The notes: generated by a model from the sequence alone, not told the origin. Shown: positions 11,421 to 24,172, counted from the whole stretch's first letter. The stretch is 62,310 bases of DNA, filler included, from Globobulimina sp. (GCA_003354225.1; 31 parts of 31 records of this genome joined end to end with filler, not necessarily neighbours in it); one strand, 5' to 3'. Numbers and translations: made by a program.

Positions 11421-11962
11421 ATGCGATTTGCGATGTCTACGTTATCAGATATAGTGAACAATTTGGTCAAAAATGCTGAGTGTGCCATATGTTATGATAT
11501 AATGGTCAAGCCCCAAGCACTCGATTGCGGTCATATGTTTTGTCAAAGATGCTTGATTGAATTAAGAGCCGTAAGTGGATAATGTCGAAATATAGTAATG
11601 TGTCACCATATGCCCATATTTAGAATGAACAGATTTCACAAATCTGTATCAAATGTCCAACGTGCAAAGTTTATCATTTCTGGTTGGATGAACCTAAAAT
11701 TATCTATCAGTTTGGGTCAGTAGCAGAGCTAATCAAGACCCTGAAGATGGCTATAGAGAAACGACCATGTGAGCGTTGCAGTAATGGGGCAGCCGATAAA
11801 TGTATGGTCATGTGTGACCAATGCCATAGTGCAGTAAGAGAAATGGCCGATTCACAAGAACGTAAAAAAGCCCACTTATTTAGGTTGAAACGACTCATGG
11901 CAATGTGGAAGCAATGGATCACGGCAGTGAACAAGCATCTGCCAATGGAGGTGATCATGTAA
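11421..11962 (+). CDS. RING-HC finger protein with a second Cys cluster; intron 11571-11623
   Basis: CAIC..CGHMFCQRC | ..CPTC, then CERC..CMVMCDQC; N-terminal exon is absent from the ORF track. Confidence 0.85.
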
Positions 11963-12088
11963 TAGCCCATGGAGACGAAGAACCAATGNNNNNNNNNNNN
12001 NNNNNNNNNNNNNNNNNNNNNNNNNNNNNNNNTTAATTAATTAANNNNNNNNNNNNNNNNNNNNNNNNNNNNNNNNNNNNNNNNNNNN

Positions 12089-12732
12089 GTATAATTTACA
12101 TGAGATTAAGTAACGAAGTTCAATCTGAATTAATGTCAATGTTTGACAATTTAGGCAAACATCGATGTGTTTTTACACCAAACAATGAGTCATATATAAA
12201 TAATAAGACTTTAGATTGGAAAATAAAATTTAATTTAGATGATATGAGCGGTGATAATTCGTATTATTTATTACAAAATGACAGCAATAATATGGATAAT
12301 TTGGATGGAATTAAAGTGAATGGTGATTTTAAGGAATGTGATGATATCGATAATGTTATTAATATTTTACAAAATAAGTTTAAAATAAACGATGTGTTAA
12401 TTGATTGGAGATTGTTTCAAGTTAAATATTTAAAAAAAGAAATTGAAAAAGATATTGAAAATAATAAATTGACAGTAATGATAAACGAGAATGAAACTGG
12501 TTTATGTTTGGTGTATGGCAGTAATGATTATTATGTTTATGGCGAAACGTCACATAATGTATTATCAGGCGTGCGATTTGCAATTAGTCGCAATAGCGAT
12601 GAGAATTTAGGCGCGATCTTTGTACATAAAGCAAAAGTTGATAACAATGATAATCTTACAAAAATATTTGAAAAAGTTATGCAAAATCCAATTGTTTGTC
12701 TTGATTATGATATGCATATGGATGGACATTAA
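12089..12732 (+). CDS. Hypothetical protein, probably 5'-truncated
   Basis: Open frame of more than 200 codons. Confidence 0.5.
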
Positions 12733-12836
12733 TAGTTTCTCAAATTCAGTCTCTTTTTGGTTGTTCTCAGTATTTCTTTTTGGTTATTTTCAAGCTCAAA
12801 AGTTTTTTTTTCAAGTTGTTTTTAATCTTTTTGATA

Positions 12837-13652
12837 ATGTCGTTTTTCCGACCAGGTGGTAGGAATAAAACCCATTTGGTTCGTCCAATGGTTGAATTGC
12901 AGGCACCAACGGGATTTGAGACATCACGCAAATTAATGCGATGGGGAGCAAAAAATAGTTTATTGAATGATTTTCATGTAAAGAGACCGCATCGCCACGC
13001 TAAATGGAAATATCATGAACCACAATGGGTACAACGCAAACGTTGGATACGTGAATATTGGACCAAACGATGGAAAAAAGAAGTCCGTAATACAGTTGAT
13101 ATGGCATTATGGTGGAAATTTCGTGTCAATGCAAAAGAATCTCATGACAAGGAACAATATGAAAATTATTTGAAGCAAAGAGAGGATAAACGGTTAAAAG
13201 AATTAATGAAAGAGAAAAAATATGAATCATGGAATCTTAATCATTGCATCCAAGATATAGATTATATAAATTATATTCGTACCGTTCAAGAGGAAGAATA
13301 TTTACTTTCGATGCAGCCACAAACATTTTTAAATGATTTAAGAGAGACTTTTTAAAAAAAGAAGGAAGATCGCATTGAAGGGTATGAGAGATGGAAAAAT
13401 GACATAAATTCAGATGTTATGAATAGAGCACAATGCAATGAATCACAAAGTAATCAGAATATAAAATTGAATGGATTTGATGATGTAACTGGATATGACT
13501 GGATTGCCTATGATCCAACGCAAACATTAATGCTATTGGACAATGATCCGGATTATGATAATAAATATAAATTGATTCAACAAAATAAAAGTGATAAACA
13601 ATTGTTAAATCATATTATGAACCAACAAAATAAGGCAAAGACTGTGAAATAA
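12837..13652 (+). CDS. Basic Trp-rich protein (possibly mitochondrial), interrupted by one in-frame TAA at 13353
   Basis: ORFs 12780-13355 and 13419-13652 share a frame with no other stop between them. Confidence 0.5.
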
Positions 13653-14253
13653 TGCATGTGTACTAATTTCTTAGAAATTTCTACTTTCCAACTGATATTA
13701 TAAGTGCAGATTTTATCACTAAAATTGACTGTTGTAGTTACTTATTAATGATGTATGTTTATCGGTGTGGGTCATTTTGAAGATAGGTTATTCTCCTTTG
13801 TTGCTATCGGGGTTGGCAAAATTACGACTAAAAAAATGCTTCTCAGCCGCAGGCTTTACTCGGTATAATTTTGCGGGTCGATTGCTTCCGGTTTTCATGT
13901 CAATCTTCGCGGCACTTTCCTTCAAGCGTTTCGTTTCCTTCCTTTCGTTCAAGGGTAGGGGGTGGCGGCATGTGGGACTGACGTGCATGGTGGCGCTCGG
14001 GGNNNNNNNNNNNNNNNNNNNNNNNNNNNNNNNNNNNNNNNNNNNNTTAATTAATTAANNNNNNNNNNNNNNNNNNNNNNNNNNNNNNNNNNNNNNNNNN
14101 NNATACAAAGGGGGGATTATGCAAACATGGGGGTGGCTATCTTGGAATATATCGTTCAACTGAAGGGCCCTGTTATTTTTTATCAGACTTTTAAAAAAAC
14201 TGGTGATTTTCATACAACTTTTCAATTTCATATTCCTTCATATAGTTGGAAAC

Positions 14254-15896
14254 ATGCTGCATTTTCTGTTGCACTGTATGGTATTATGTATAATAGCAGA
14301 ATCAACGGTCAATTCCGATAAAACAACCAATGAACTCAATTTGCCAACAATAAACAACACTAATTCACCACAACTACTGGCCGACATTGAAAAAAAAGAG
14401 CACAACGCAACAGAAGAAATTGGCTTGGAATTATCGAATGACATTTCAAAATCAACCAAAGAAATTGATTGGAAATTACAATATGAAATAAAATCAAACA
14501 TTGACGCATTTAACAAAGCAATTACTTATTACCAAATTGTATTTAAATCACTTGAATGTGTAGACACAAACTGTCAATGCAAACATATTGATTTAAACAT
14601 TACCGTCGAGTCAATGCAGAGCACATTAACTAATCTAAATTGTGATTACCAATTTAGTATTTTGCCAGGAATTGTGTATAAATCTGAAATTTTACCCAGT
14701 GTACATTTCGATGATGAGGACAAAAGTAGCGTAAAATCGCATGTATTTTCCTTTTCGCAAGTCATGGATCCCAATATATTGTCATTTGCGTTATTAATAG
14801 GCTTAGATTATCCAGCATATAACGCATTAGATTTGCCTACAAATCAGCTGTCGAAAACGTTAACAAACGAAATTGCCGAAATAACGGAAATAAGTGCTCG
14901 CCACATCACTATTGATATCGAGACAACCGCTTCATGGAAAGTTAAAATTAAGTTAATGATAACTAAAATTAGCCATTCTAATCAAGCTCAGGTGGCAACG
15001 GAAAAAATCAGAAATCTACATTTCAAACCAGACACATCATTAATATCAAAAATTATACAAAAAAGTGATTCGATGGAAGTTTCAGCAGTTAATTTCATTT
15101 TTTTTTTATATTTATCATATTCAAAATTATATGTGCAAATATTTCAGGTTTCTATGAAAGCGGATTCATTTGATGCAAGGTACAATTATGGCGTGTTATT
15201 TCTAGGCATTATTGTGATGACAGCATTGTGTTGGTTACTAACACAATATTCTCCATACAAATGCAATGAAACTGTCAATTTTATTAAATTAGTGTTTGTT
15301 GCATTGATACGATGTATTAAACCACGAATGAAGCAATGTGTTCATTATATATCAGATTGTTTATTGTCATTAGACATTGCAAGAAGATTTACGACACAGT
15401 ACGATGTATTGCATATTTCTGAAGATGTTGAACTTGACGCATATGACCATGGAAAAGAAGATGTTGAAATGGATGGCATCGTGTTATTAAATCAAATATT
15501 CGACGAACAAAATACTGCACTGTTTACCAGGGACCGCTGTATTGGAATCTTGAAAGATAATTGGATCACGAAAGTGGAACAATTAAAACAACTGAATAAA
15601 GAAGATTGGACTCGGCTTAATATTCCTCAAAGCATACAAGATTCAATAACATCAAAACTAAAGTCTGAGGAGTCTCAATTTATTATTGAAGGATCAGATG
15701 ATTTTACATCAAGCAATGTAGATAATGTTAAGTGTATTATGTTTATCTTATACGTGGTGTGATGGTGTAAATATTAATAACATTTCAGGAATTATCGTAT
15801 CCAGTGAGTGAATCTGATAATAATAATGTCACACAGAAACTAGACAAACTGCATACTGATGAAATTTCAGATCTAGATCGTTTTTCTGATTTTTAA
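14254..15896 (+). CDS. Single-pass membrane protein with a cytoplasmic SAM-like domain; probable introns about 15088-15147 and 15727-15788
   Basis: Signal peptide, TM helix YGVLFLGIIVMTALCWLL, then ILKDNWITKVEQLKQLNKEDWTRLNIP. Confidence 0.6.
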
Positions 15897-16257
15897 AGAT
15901 TATTTGTAAATTGTGTTGGTTTATTTAACGTTTTTTGTTTCATGAAGTTTTTCGGACACAACGAACGAACTATTTATTACTGTACTTAGTAGTAATTAGG
16001 GTTTTTGCTTTTAGTTNNNNNNNNNNNNNNNNNNNNNNNNNNNNNNNNNNNNNNNNNNNNTTAATTAATTAANNNNNNNNNNNNNNNNNNNNNNNNNNNN
16101 NNNNNNNNNNNNNNNNTTCAATATTCATTTCAATATTTGTGAATGTAGGGATTGGTGATGCGTTACATGCAGTTTCTAGGTCATTTTCATTGAGTTATTT
16201 GACGGCATATTGAGTGTTGTTTGGAATTCGTTTATGTTTTCGATCTGGGGATTATTA

Positions 16258-17396
16258 TCATGGTGTCATTATAATGTAAAAAGGGTTCATCCAATATAAA
16301 GTCTTGAAGGTTTTGAGCTTATTGGAATGGTTAAGATTGCTGAATTTTATGGTGTTTTGTGTGAGGGTGTTCTGTATGTATTCTGTTTCAGCCTCAGCCA
16401 TTAGTTTTTTGCCCTCATTAGTATTATTATCTGTATTCATCAGCAATCTCTGTTTTATATTCAAAGTGATTTGTTTTCGCGACAGCATTGACCGGTTAAG
16501 TGTGTCCATATTATCTAATACAGCTAAGTTGAATATACGTTTTAGTTTCTTACGGCAGCCAAAGTAAACTCCACTTTTTTTGACAGGAAATGCCATTGAA
16601 TTGCAGCCACGCGCATGTCCGTAATAGTCGCCATCATGATATTCTGCAACGTTGTCAGCAACGGTTACTGATAGCGGATAATTATTGAATTTCACTCTGT
16701 ACGTTAATGGTAGCGGTTCGTTGATGATGCTATTAATGTATCCCTGCAATTGCTGATCGGTGGCAACATAGTTGAATCTCGATCCAGTTTTCTTGACTCT
16801 TCCGTGTAACGCACTGATATATGTCAGGATTCCTTGGGTATCGCCGTCGATACGTAATAATAGGAGTATGATGAGGAGGCAAATAGGACAGTTAACGGGG
16901 ACACAGTGGGTAATAATTCAGCTCTGGTTTTAATAATATCGGCGTCATTCAGGGCAGCAATGAAGTCCTCCTCTTTATGGATCCAAATTCTATCTAATAT
17001 GCGGTCATTAATAAAGACTTTGCCGAATAAGATGCGAACGTGGAAATCCACGCCTATTTCATTATGATATTTGGCTGCATTGGCGATCCATTTACGGGTA
17101 CGGTTGACCTGGCCATCATTGTATTTACGTACCATTTTATCGGAGCGGGACTCTTCAACAAACGCCCTGGTTTTGGTAATGGTTCGTCGTCGATTAAATC
17201 TAATATGGCGTTGATTAAAATCTATTTTCAAGTTGTGAGAAAACAAATTGTGAGGTTGTGAGAATAGGGAAGAAGTGGAGGGAGTGATGGAGATTGGAGA
17301 AGAAGTTTGTAGATTGTTTGAAGAAAAACAGTGTGTGACTCTGAAAGCTTTGCTGCTTGATTCGTTTTGGTGGTTGCTCGCAATGAGTGATATCAT
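16258..17396 (-). CDS. Hypothetical protein, possibly organelle-targeted, in two frames joined near 16850-16900
   Basis: Ser/Arg-rich presequence-like N-terminus; second frame is open from about 16915 to 16258. Confidence 0.4.
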
Positions 17397-18130
17397 AAAT
17401 GATATTGTTAGTTAAGAATACATTATATTTAAAATAATTAAAACACACAAAATAGGTACAACAAAGTGAAAGAAAGATACAAATATTATAATGAAAGTCA
17501 GTGGAGTAATTAAAAGATACAATAAAAAGAGGGTTGAATGTTATTTTTGTAGTATTTGGGATGTTTCTATGTTTTATTAGCTCGTTCAAAGCTGGTTCTG
17601 TATGATGCAGTACAGTGATTATTGAATTATGATTTTTACATTTATTGTTTGGTGGTGTTGTGTGATGATTGAGATGGAAGGAGAGATTTTGGAGTATTGG
17701 TTGGATTAACAGTTTGGAATCATTGATGTTGTCAATAATTTGTCCGTATTTGATGTGATGGTAACTTTCCAAATGACAGTTGTTCCGTTTGTGTATCTCT
17801 TCCTTTAACGTTGCTCACACCAATAAATAAATTTGTATCACAGTGAACGAGACTAATTGTTGCATCGTAAAGGCACTGTAAAATTTGCAAGGGTTTTGGT
17901 TTAGGGATTGCGGAGTAAGAGAGGAAGTGAGGAAAGTTTTTCAAAAGTAGTGTGTGTTCTTAAACAATGTTTTCTCAATCACTTAAGGATATTGATCCGC
18001 TATTTTTGTGTGTTTTTACCTGTTTTGTTTNNNNNNNNNNNNNNNNNNNNNNNNNNNNNNNNNNNNNNNNNNNNTTAATTAATTAANNNNNNNNNNNNNN
18101 NNNNNNNNNNNNNNNNNNNNNNNNNNNNNN

Positions 18131-19403
18131 AACTCCAATCATACGAAGTTATAATATTGTTCCATTCAGCACACAGATTATAATCGAGTAAGTGTTCTGA
18201 GTTCAGTAACTTGAGTTGCTCCCTGATACCCGCTGCTTCACTGACAATATCCTTCCCAAACCGTAGCCATATCGCATGTACTATAATATCAATTTGCTCA
18301 TAGTTCAAAGGAAAGCTCATATCAATTCGGATTAAAATTTCAATCAATTTTTTGCATTTACTCTCGGAATAACTCCGTTTTCGGCCGGATATTATAATTG
18401 CAATAACCTGGTTCTCTTTCAATAAAAATAGACCAGCGTTACATTGTAATCTCACTAAAACCCCTTCTAATTCATCGAAATTATCATTATCTAAATACAG
18501 GAAGAATAATTCGCTGATGGTTGTTTGTAAAAATTCAAAAAATCCATCAAATTGATCGTGCTCATCATTAATGTATAATTCGTACAGATTACAGTCATTT
18601 TCTAACAGTTTTACCATGAATGCGATATCAAGCAATTGAGTACTATAATATTTGGATCTTGTAAAAGCTCTCCAACCTTGAACAAACTCGATAAAATTCT
18701 TATTTTCCCACTTTGTTTCCAACCATATCTGATGCACCAAAACTAATCCATGATAATCCACCAAATATTTCAGATATTGAGATTGATTTTGTGTCAATGA
18801 TCCAGTGTAAATTGAATGAAAAGATGGTAATATGTCAGTTCGCACTAACTGATTGTAACAAAACTCGTAAACAAATTTGATGATATGCAAAAATGCATGA
18901 TTTGCTGTTGATTTTCCATTCAAGAAAGCTTGTTTTGAAACGCTAATCAATGTTTTTTTATAATACAAATTTTCTAGTGATAAGTTACAATGATATCCCG
19001 CAATTAGTTGGTTATTAATATTGCTACCAATCATAGTATTTATTATGTTTGGCAATTTATAACGATGGCATTGTCTTATAACCAATGGAAATAACAACAA
19101 AAAAGGTTCTGATATTCGAACGTCATTATAAATCTCTTTGAATGTGTTGGTTTCAAGTGAATGATTTTGATTATGTTTGAGTTTATCAAAATAAGTTAAT
19201 AATCTATTAATTTGGTGACGTTTTGGATGTTGATTGAATAAATTTTGATAGGGTTTGGCCGCACACTTTACGTTCATTTGTTCCGTAAATGATAACAATA
19301 TTAACCAATGGTGCATAACATCTGAATTGTAGCTTGATTTCGTAAAATTGCTTCCACGATGTGCTTCTATATCAAGTAGCAGCAAAATAATCAATACAAA
19401 CAT
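18131..19403 (-). CDS. Hypothetical protein with a signal-peptide-like start, 3'-truncated
   Basis: Long ORF, no recognised motif. Confidence 0.5.
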
Positions 19404-19550
19404 TATTTTTTTAATGTTTTTCACTGTATCTTGAATTTAAAGTTTTTTTTTCAAATCAAAAACACTGAACATCCCTTCGGCCTTAGTACCTTTGCCAACA
19501 GTTTGTAATTGCTAACTTCCTCCAAGTAATCAACTAAATAATTAGACGAA

Positions 19551-19889
19551 ATGGCAGATCACAAAGAAGAACCAAAAGCAGCACAACATATTCATGTAAT
19601 TGTAACATATGAAATAAAACCAGAGAAATATAACGCATTTCTCAAGGCCGTCGAACCAATGGTGATCGCAACAGGCAAAGAAGAGGGTTGTATCCGATAT
19701 AATGTTCATGCGGATAAAAAAAATAAATTTAAAATCGTAATGGTGGAAGAATGGAATTGCCAAAAAAATTTAACCGCCCATTTATATCAAGACCATGTAA
19801 AATCATTTAATAAATTGCAAAGAGAGGAAGAAATGTTAAAATCAACACCAAATTTATATTTCTGTGGTCCTCCCCTTGTAACATTATAA
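19551..19889 (+). CDS. ABM / putative quinol monooxygenase domain protein
   Basis: IKPEK..FL......ATGKEEGCIRYNVH...IVMVEEW...LTAHL...HVK pattern. Confidence 0.85.
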   Translation: MADHKEEPKAAQHIHVIVTYEIKPEKYNAFLKAVEPMVIATGKEEGCIRYNVHADKKNKFKIVMVEEWNCQKNLTAHLYQDHVKSFNKLQREEEMLKSTPNLYFCGPPLVTL

Positions 19890-20254
19890 CATTATAACTA
19901 ATCAAATTATTATTTTTTCCATGTTCATGTAATCATGTTTTTCTATTCTAACTTTTTTTTAATTATATTATTTTTTTTCTAATTTTAATTTTAATTTAGT
20001 TTAGCGTTCTTTCATCAAATATATCCTCGCACAGCTCCACATACNNNNNNNNNNNNNNNNNNNNNNNNNNNNNNNNNNNNNNNNNNNNTTAATTAATTAA
20101 NNNNNNNNNNNNNNNNNNNNNNNNNNNNNNNNNNNNNNNNNNNNCTCTTTCGAAAATTGCAGTGATCAATCATCGTCCCGTTCAAAAGCGCCACCGAGCA
20201 CACAAACAATTGTTACGAGTTCATGAAACATAGCTAAGGCAGTAAAACACAACA

Positions 20255-21424
20255 ATGCGAATTATGCGATCACAATCACTCCTCCTGCATTTAACAACAA
20301 TTGCAATTATTTCGACATATGTAATGACAAACCCATCAGCAGAAAATGTAACAAATACCACCTCGCAGCCAGGCACTACAGAGCTAGAAACTACGCAGCT
20401 GTACACCACAAGCAAACTGCCAACATCTGCTCCAACCCAATATGTGCCAACAAACACACAGAGTGAAGAGGTCAAAATCTCTGTGGAAATTACAGTGAGT
20501 TTAAGTAACGATAATTTCACGCAAGCACAAATACGTCATGTCATTCTCACATTGATCGATGAATATATTCCCGGGTTAACCATACAATCCATCACCGCAG
20601 AGGTCGATGATGATGTTGATGGAGAGACCCGAATCAGCTACAAAATGGTGATTATAGCACCGGATGATACTGTGGCAGAATTGGTAGAGGACACTATCGA
20701 AAGCAATGACTTTAAATCAGCTTTAAAAAATGATATAGAAAGCCTGACCAATGCCGAAGTCAATGATATCAATACCGCTGCAGCCATAGTGGTGGAGCCA
20801 GAGGATGAGGATGAGGCAGATAAAGCGTCGTGGTTAGATCCACTGAGCTATGGATTATTAAATTGGATCATTGTGGGTGCCGCTATATGTATATTATGTA
20901 TATTGTGTTTGTTTATATGTCGTTGTTGCTATTTGTGTTGTGGTAAAACAAAAAGACGGTCACGGTCAGGATACCAACAAGGAAAACCTATGTTTGGTAA
21001 TAGGAGTGATGCGGCCAATGATATTGAATTCCAATCCGATTTAAGGCATGCGATTGAAATGAATGCGCAGAAGAAATTATTGAAGAGTGCAGCGACTGGG
21101 TCTCTTGGATTGGAAGTCGATGACGTGAATGCGGCATTTGACGATGATTTGGGAACGAAACTGATAGGCAAGAAAAGTAGCACTAGTGATGAGGTGAAAT
21201 CCAATGATAATGCCGGCAGTGATCACGATGGGGATGGAGGTCAAAGGGGAATTAAAAAGAAAGGGAGTGAAGGTGTTGATAAGTCATTAATGGCCACAAC
21301 TACTACAACAGCAACGGATGGTAATACTCCCGGTGGTGATGATGAAGATAACCCACCGCCTGCTCCTCATGCACCTCATCATGAAGAAGATGTACATGAC
21401 CTGGATGATTATGATTTATTATGA
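20255..21424 (+). CDS. Type I membrane protein (signal peptide, Thr-rich stalk, Cys-rich TM exit, acidic tail)
   Basis: Complete 389-aa ORF. Confidence 0.75.
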   Translation: MRIMRSQSLLLHLTTIAIISTYVMTNPSAENVTNTTSQPGTTELETTQLYTTSKLPTSAPTQYVPTNTQSEEVKISVEITVSLSNDNFTQAQIRHVILTLIDEYIPGLTIQSITAEVDDDVDGETRISYKMVIIAPDDTVAELVEDTIESNDFKSALKNDIESLTNAEVNDINTAAAIVVEPEDEDEADKASWLDPLSYGLLNWIIVGAAICILCILCLFICRCCYLCCGKTKRRSRSGYQQGKPMFGNRSDAANDIEFQSDLRHAIEMNAQKKLLKSAATGSLGLEVDDVNAAFDDDLGTKLIGKKSSTSDEVKSNDNAGSDHDGDGGQRGIKKKGSEGVDKSLMATTTTTATDGNTPGGDDEDNPPPAPHAPHHEEDVHDLDDYDLL

Positions 21425-22158
21425 TGGGAAGATATGAAAAGTTAAATTAACTTTATTTTTTGTTACAATTGTCGTGATTGTGTACATACTATTTTATTAT
21501 TAGTTGATGAAATAATTTTGTTTAGGAACATATCATATTGATTCAGTATTTTGTTTGACTTTTGTTTTGTTTTGGTCAATGTATATTTGTTTCCTTCAAA
21601 TCTGTCATTTTGCTCTTTCGCGTAATTATAAATTTTATTGTCTGCTTTTTTCTAATTTATAATGATTTTTTTTTTGATTTTGGTAGTATTTCAATTGATT
21701 TTTTGTTGCTATGTATTCTAGGATCTAGACAATATATGTATAGAAACCCACGGAGATTTAGATGCAAATAATACATTATACAGAAACACCCATATTTTAT
21801 TAATCCGATCACAGTTAACTGAATACACTTCACTGGAACTAGAATTTTTTTTTATAATAAAACATAAAAGAAAATTTATGTGTTGAAAATGACAGTTTGT
21901 TCATTAGTATACAGCTCAATCAAACATCCAAAACGTAATCTTAAACGTTTAATATCATATATTTGGGAAATTGTAGTTCAAATAGTTACGTATTCTTTAC
22001 CCTCTGATTCATAAATTTATAGTAGAAACACATTATACGTAATAGTTTAATTTGATTGNNNNNNNNNNNNNNNNNNNNNNNNNNNNNNNNNNNNNNNNNN
22101 NNTTAATTAATTAANNNNNNNNNNNNNNNNNNNNNNNNNNNNNNNNNNNNNNNNNNNN

Positions 22159-23589
22159 GAATTACAGACAGAAACAGATGAAAAAGACGATAGACCGCGG
22201 TGTCTGAGTAAGAATGCCGGCGTTATATGCATTGCAATCTGCAAATACGATAAGAAGACCACACTCCATTCCCTCCCCGACGTAAAAGACGACGTTGAAA
22301 GATACAAAACTGTGTTGGGCAAAGGCTATAATTATACAATAATGTCCAGTTTGGATGAAAATGAATATAAAAATGGACGGATGACCGCAAGCGACGTAAA
22401 AAGATTTATAAACAAATGTTACGCTGAAATTATAGTATATGATGAGACGGATTACAGCCTTTCCTCCAAATTCGATGCGCTTTTTATCACAGTGAGTGGC
22501 CATGGCACCGCCACAAGTTTGGTATGTTCGGATAATTCACACATTAAATATAATAGAATTCGGCAGAAATTCTCTCACGATGAAGAATTGGAAGCCATAC
22601 CGAGGATATATTGCATTGACGCCTGCCGTGTATTTGATGATGATGTAAAACCGGGGAGAAGTGCACCGAGCGGTGCTTTTAGTGTCACAATAATGGGAAA
22701 TACAGAAGGTGAGAAAGTTTATGGTGGCAAAGTTTCAAAATTTATGATGAGACAGTTTGAAAAAGCAAAATCAAGCGCAAAATGGATGAATTTTCAACAA
22801 ATCTTAGAAAATGCACAACAAGATATGGAAAATGATACAACAACGGATCAAGTTTTAATTTTAACAGAATATGATTTAAAAGTTAATAAAGTTGTATTTG
22901 AGCCAAATTCAGGTGACAGAGGAAGTAAATATGACAATGAATATTTAAATGAAACATGGACTGTAAATATTACAATAAATGGAAACCAAACACAATATAA
23001 AGATGCAAAAATTATACCAAATTATAAAGAGAAACGAGTGATATTCAAATATAATTATAATAGACAAACAATTGTATTTAAGAAAGACACATTCCATTTT
23101 ATTAGAGATGCAGAAACATTCACGGTGTCTTTGCGAGATGTGAGACAAAAGAATTCGGCGGAGAATGACTGGAATTGTCCTGTGTGTACATTTTTAAATG
23201 TTGCAAAAGATGTGAAATGTTCTATGTGTCAACAAGGAGATAAACCAAATGTCTGGGACGTGAGACCTATCGATGAGTGGACCTGTAAGGAATTAAATGA
23301 ATGGATGGTGAGCTTAAAGTTAGATGGAAATAATGAAAAGAAAGTGATTCAAGCTATAACAGAACAGGAAGTGACTGGAGCTGACTTTAATTCAATTGAA
23401 GAAGCAGTGGATATTATGGACTCATTGGAAATTAATAATGATTGTTCATCAAAAATATTTTCTACATTGCAAAAAATAAGATCTAATGCAAAAAATACAA
23501 CAAATAAGAAGAGAAAGATTGGGATTAAATGTGGTAATCTTAAAGAGACAAATTATTGGACCAAAAAAATTGCACCTTTAAGTATCTAA
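22159..23589 (+). CDS. Caspase-like (clan CD/C14) protease with a RanBP2-type zinc finger and SAM domain, 5'-truncated
   Basis: Frame open from the contig start; SGHG and IDACR dyad; WNCPVCTFLN..CSMC; WTCKELNEWM SAM. Confidence 0.82.
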   Translation, partial: ELQTETDEKDDRPRCLSKNAGVICIAICKYDKKTTLHSLPDVKDDVERYKTVLGKGYNYTIMSSLDENEYKNGRMTASDVKRFINKCYAEIIVYDETDYSLSSKFDALFITVSGHGTATSLVCSDNSHIKYNRIRQKFSHDEELEAIPRIYCIDACRVFDDDVKPGRSAPSGAFSVTIMGNTEGEKVYGGKVSKFMMRQFEKAKSSAKWMNFQQILENAQQDMENDTTTDQVLILTEYDLKVNKVVFEPNSGDRGSKYDNEYLNETWTVNITINGNQTQYKDAKIIPNYKEKRVIFKYNYNRQTIVFKKDTFHFIRDAETFTVSLRDVRQKNSAENDWNCPVCTFLNVAKDVKCSMCQQGDKPNVWDVRPIDEWTCKELNEWMVSLKLDGNNEKKVIQAITEQEVTGADFNSIEEAVDIMDSLEINNDCSSKIFSTLQKIRSNAKNTTNKKRKIGIKCGNLKETNYWTKKIAPLSI

Positions 23590-24172
23590 TAAAATATGAT
23601 TCAAATATAACTTATCTTATTGTTCATTTTTTCCGTAAGGAATCTAGCATTTTTGACTGCATAACGTTTCTATCGAGTTAATGATGAAAAACAAGCACAT
23701 GTACAAATCACAAAAGATAAAAAACTATAGAGTTCAACGACATTATTTCCTCATTATATATTACTAATTATACTATTAATAAAAACAGATATATACAAGC
23801 AATTAAGATATAAATCATTTCCTTTTGGTTGGATCGTTATCATCCATAGTATGCTTATGTTGTGTGGTCTCACCAACCTCATCATCATCACTGTCAACCC
23901 AACATTGTGAATAAAGGATATTATCTGTCAATATAACATGGGGAATTATTGGTGGCAATGGCGATGTGAACAGTGTGGTCGCAATAAGTTCCTTATTTGT
24001 ATACAATGTTTTTGGAGATGCCATGATTCCATGAGTCTTATTTATAGATTGAACAATATCATAATCTCTATCNNNNNNNNNNNNNNNNNNNNNNNNNNNN
24101 NNNNNNNNNNNNNNNNTTAATTAATTAANNNNNNNNNNNNNNNNNNNNNNNNNNNNNNNNNNNNNNNNNNNN

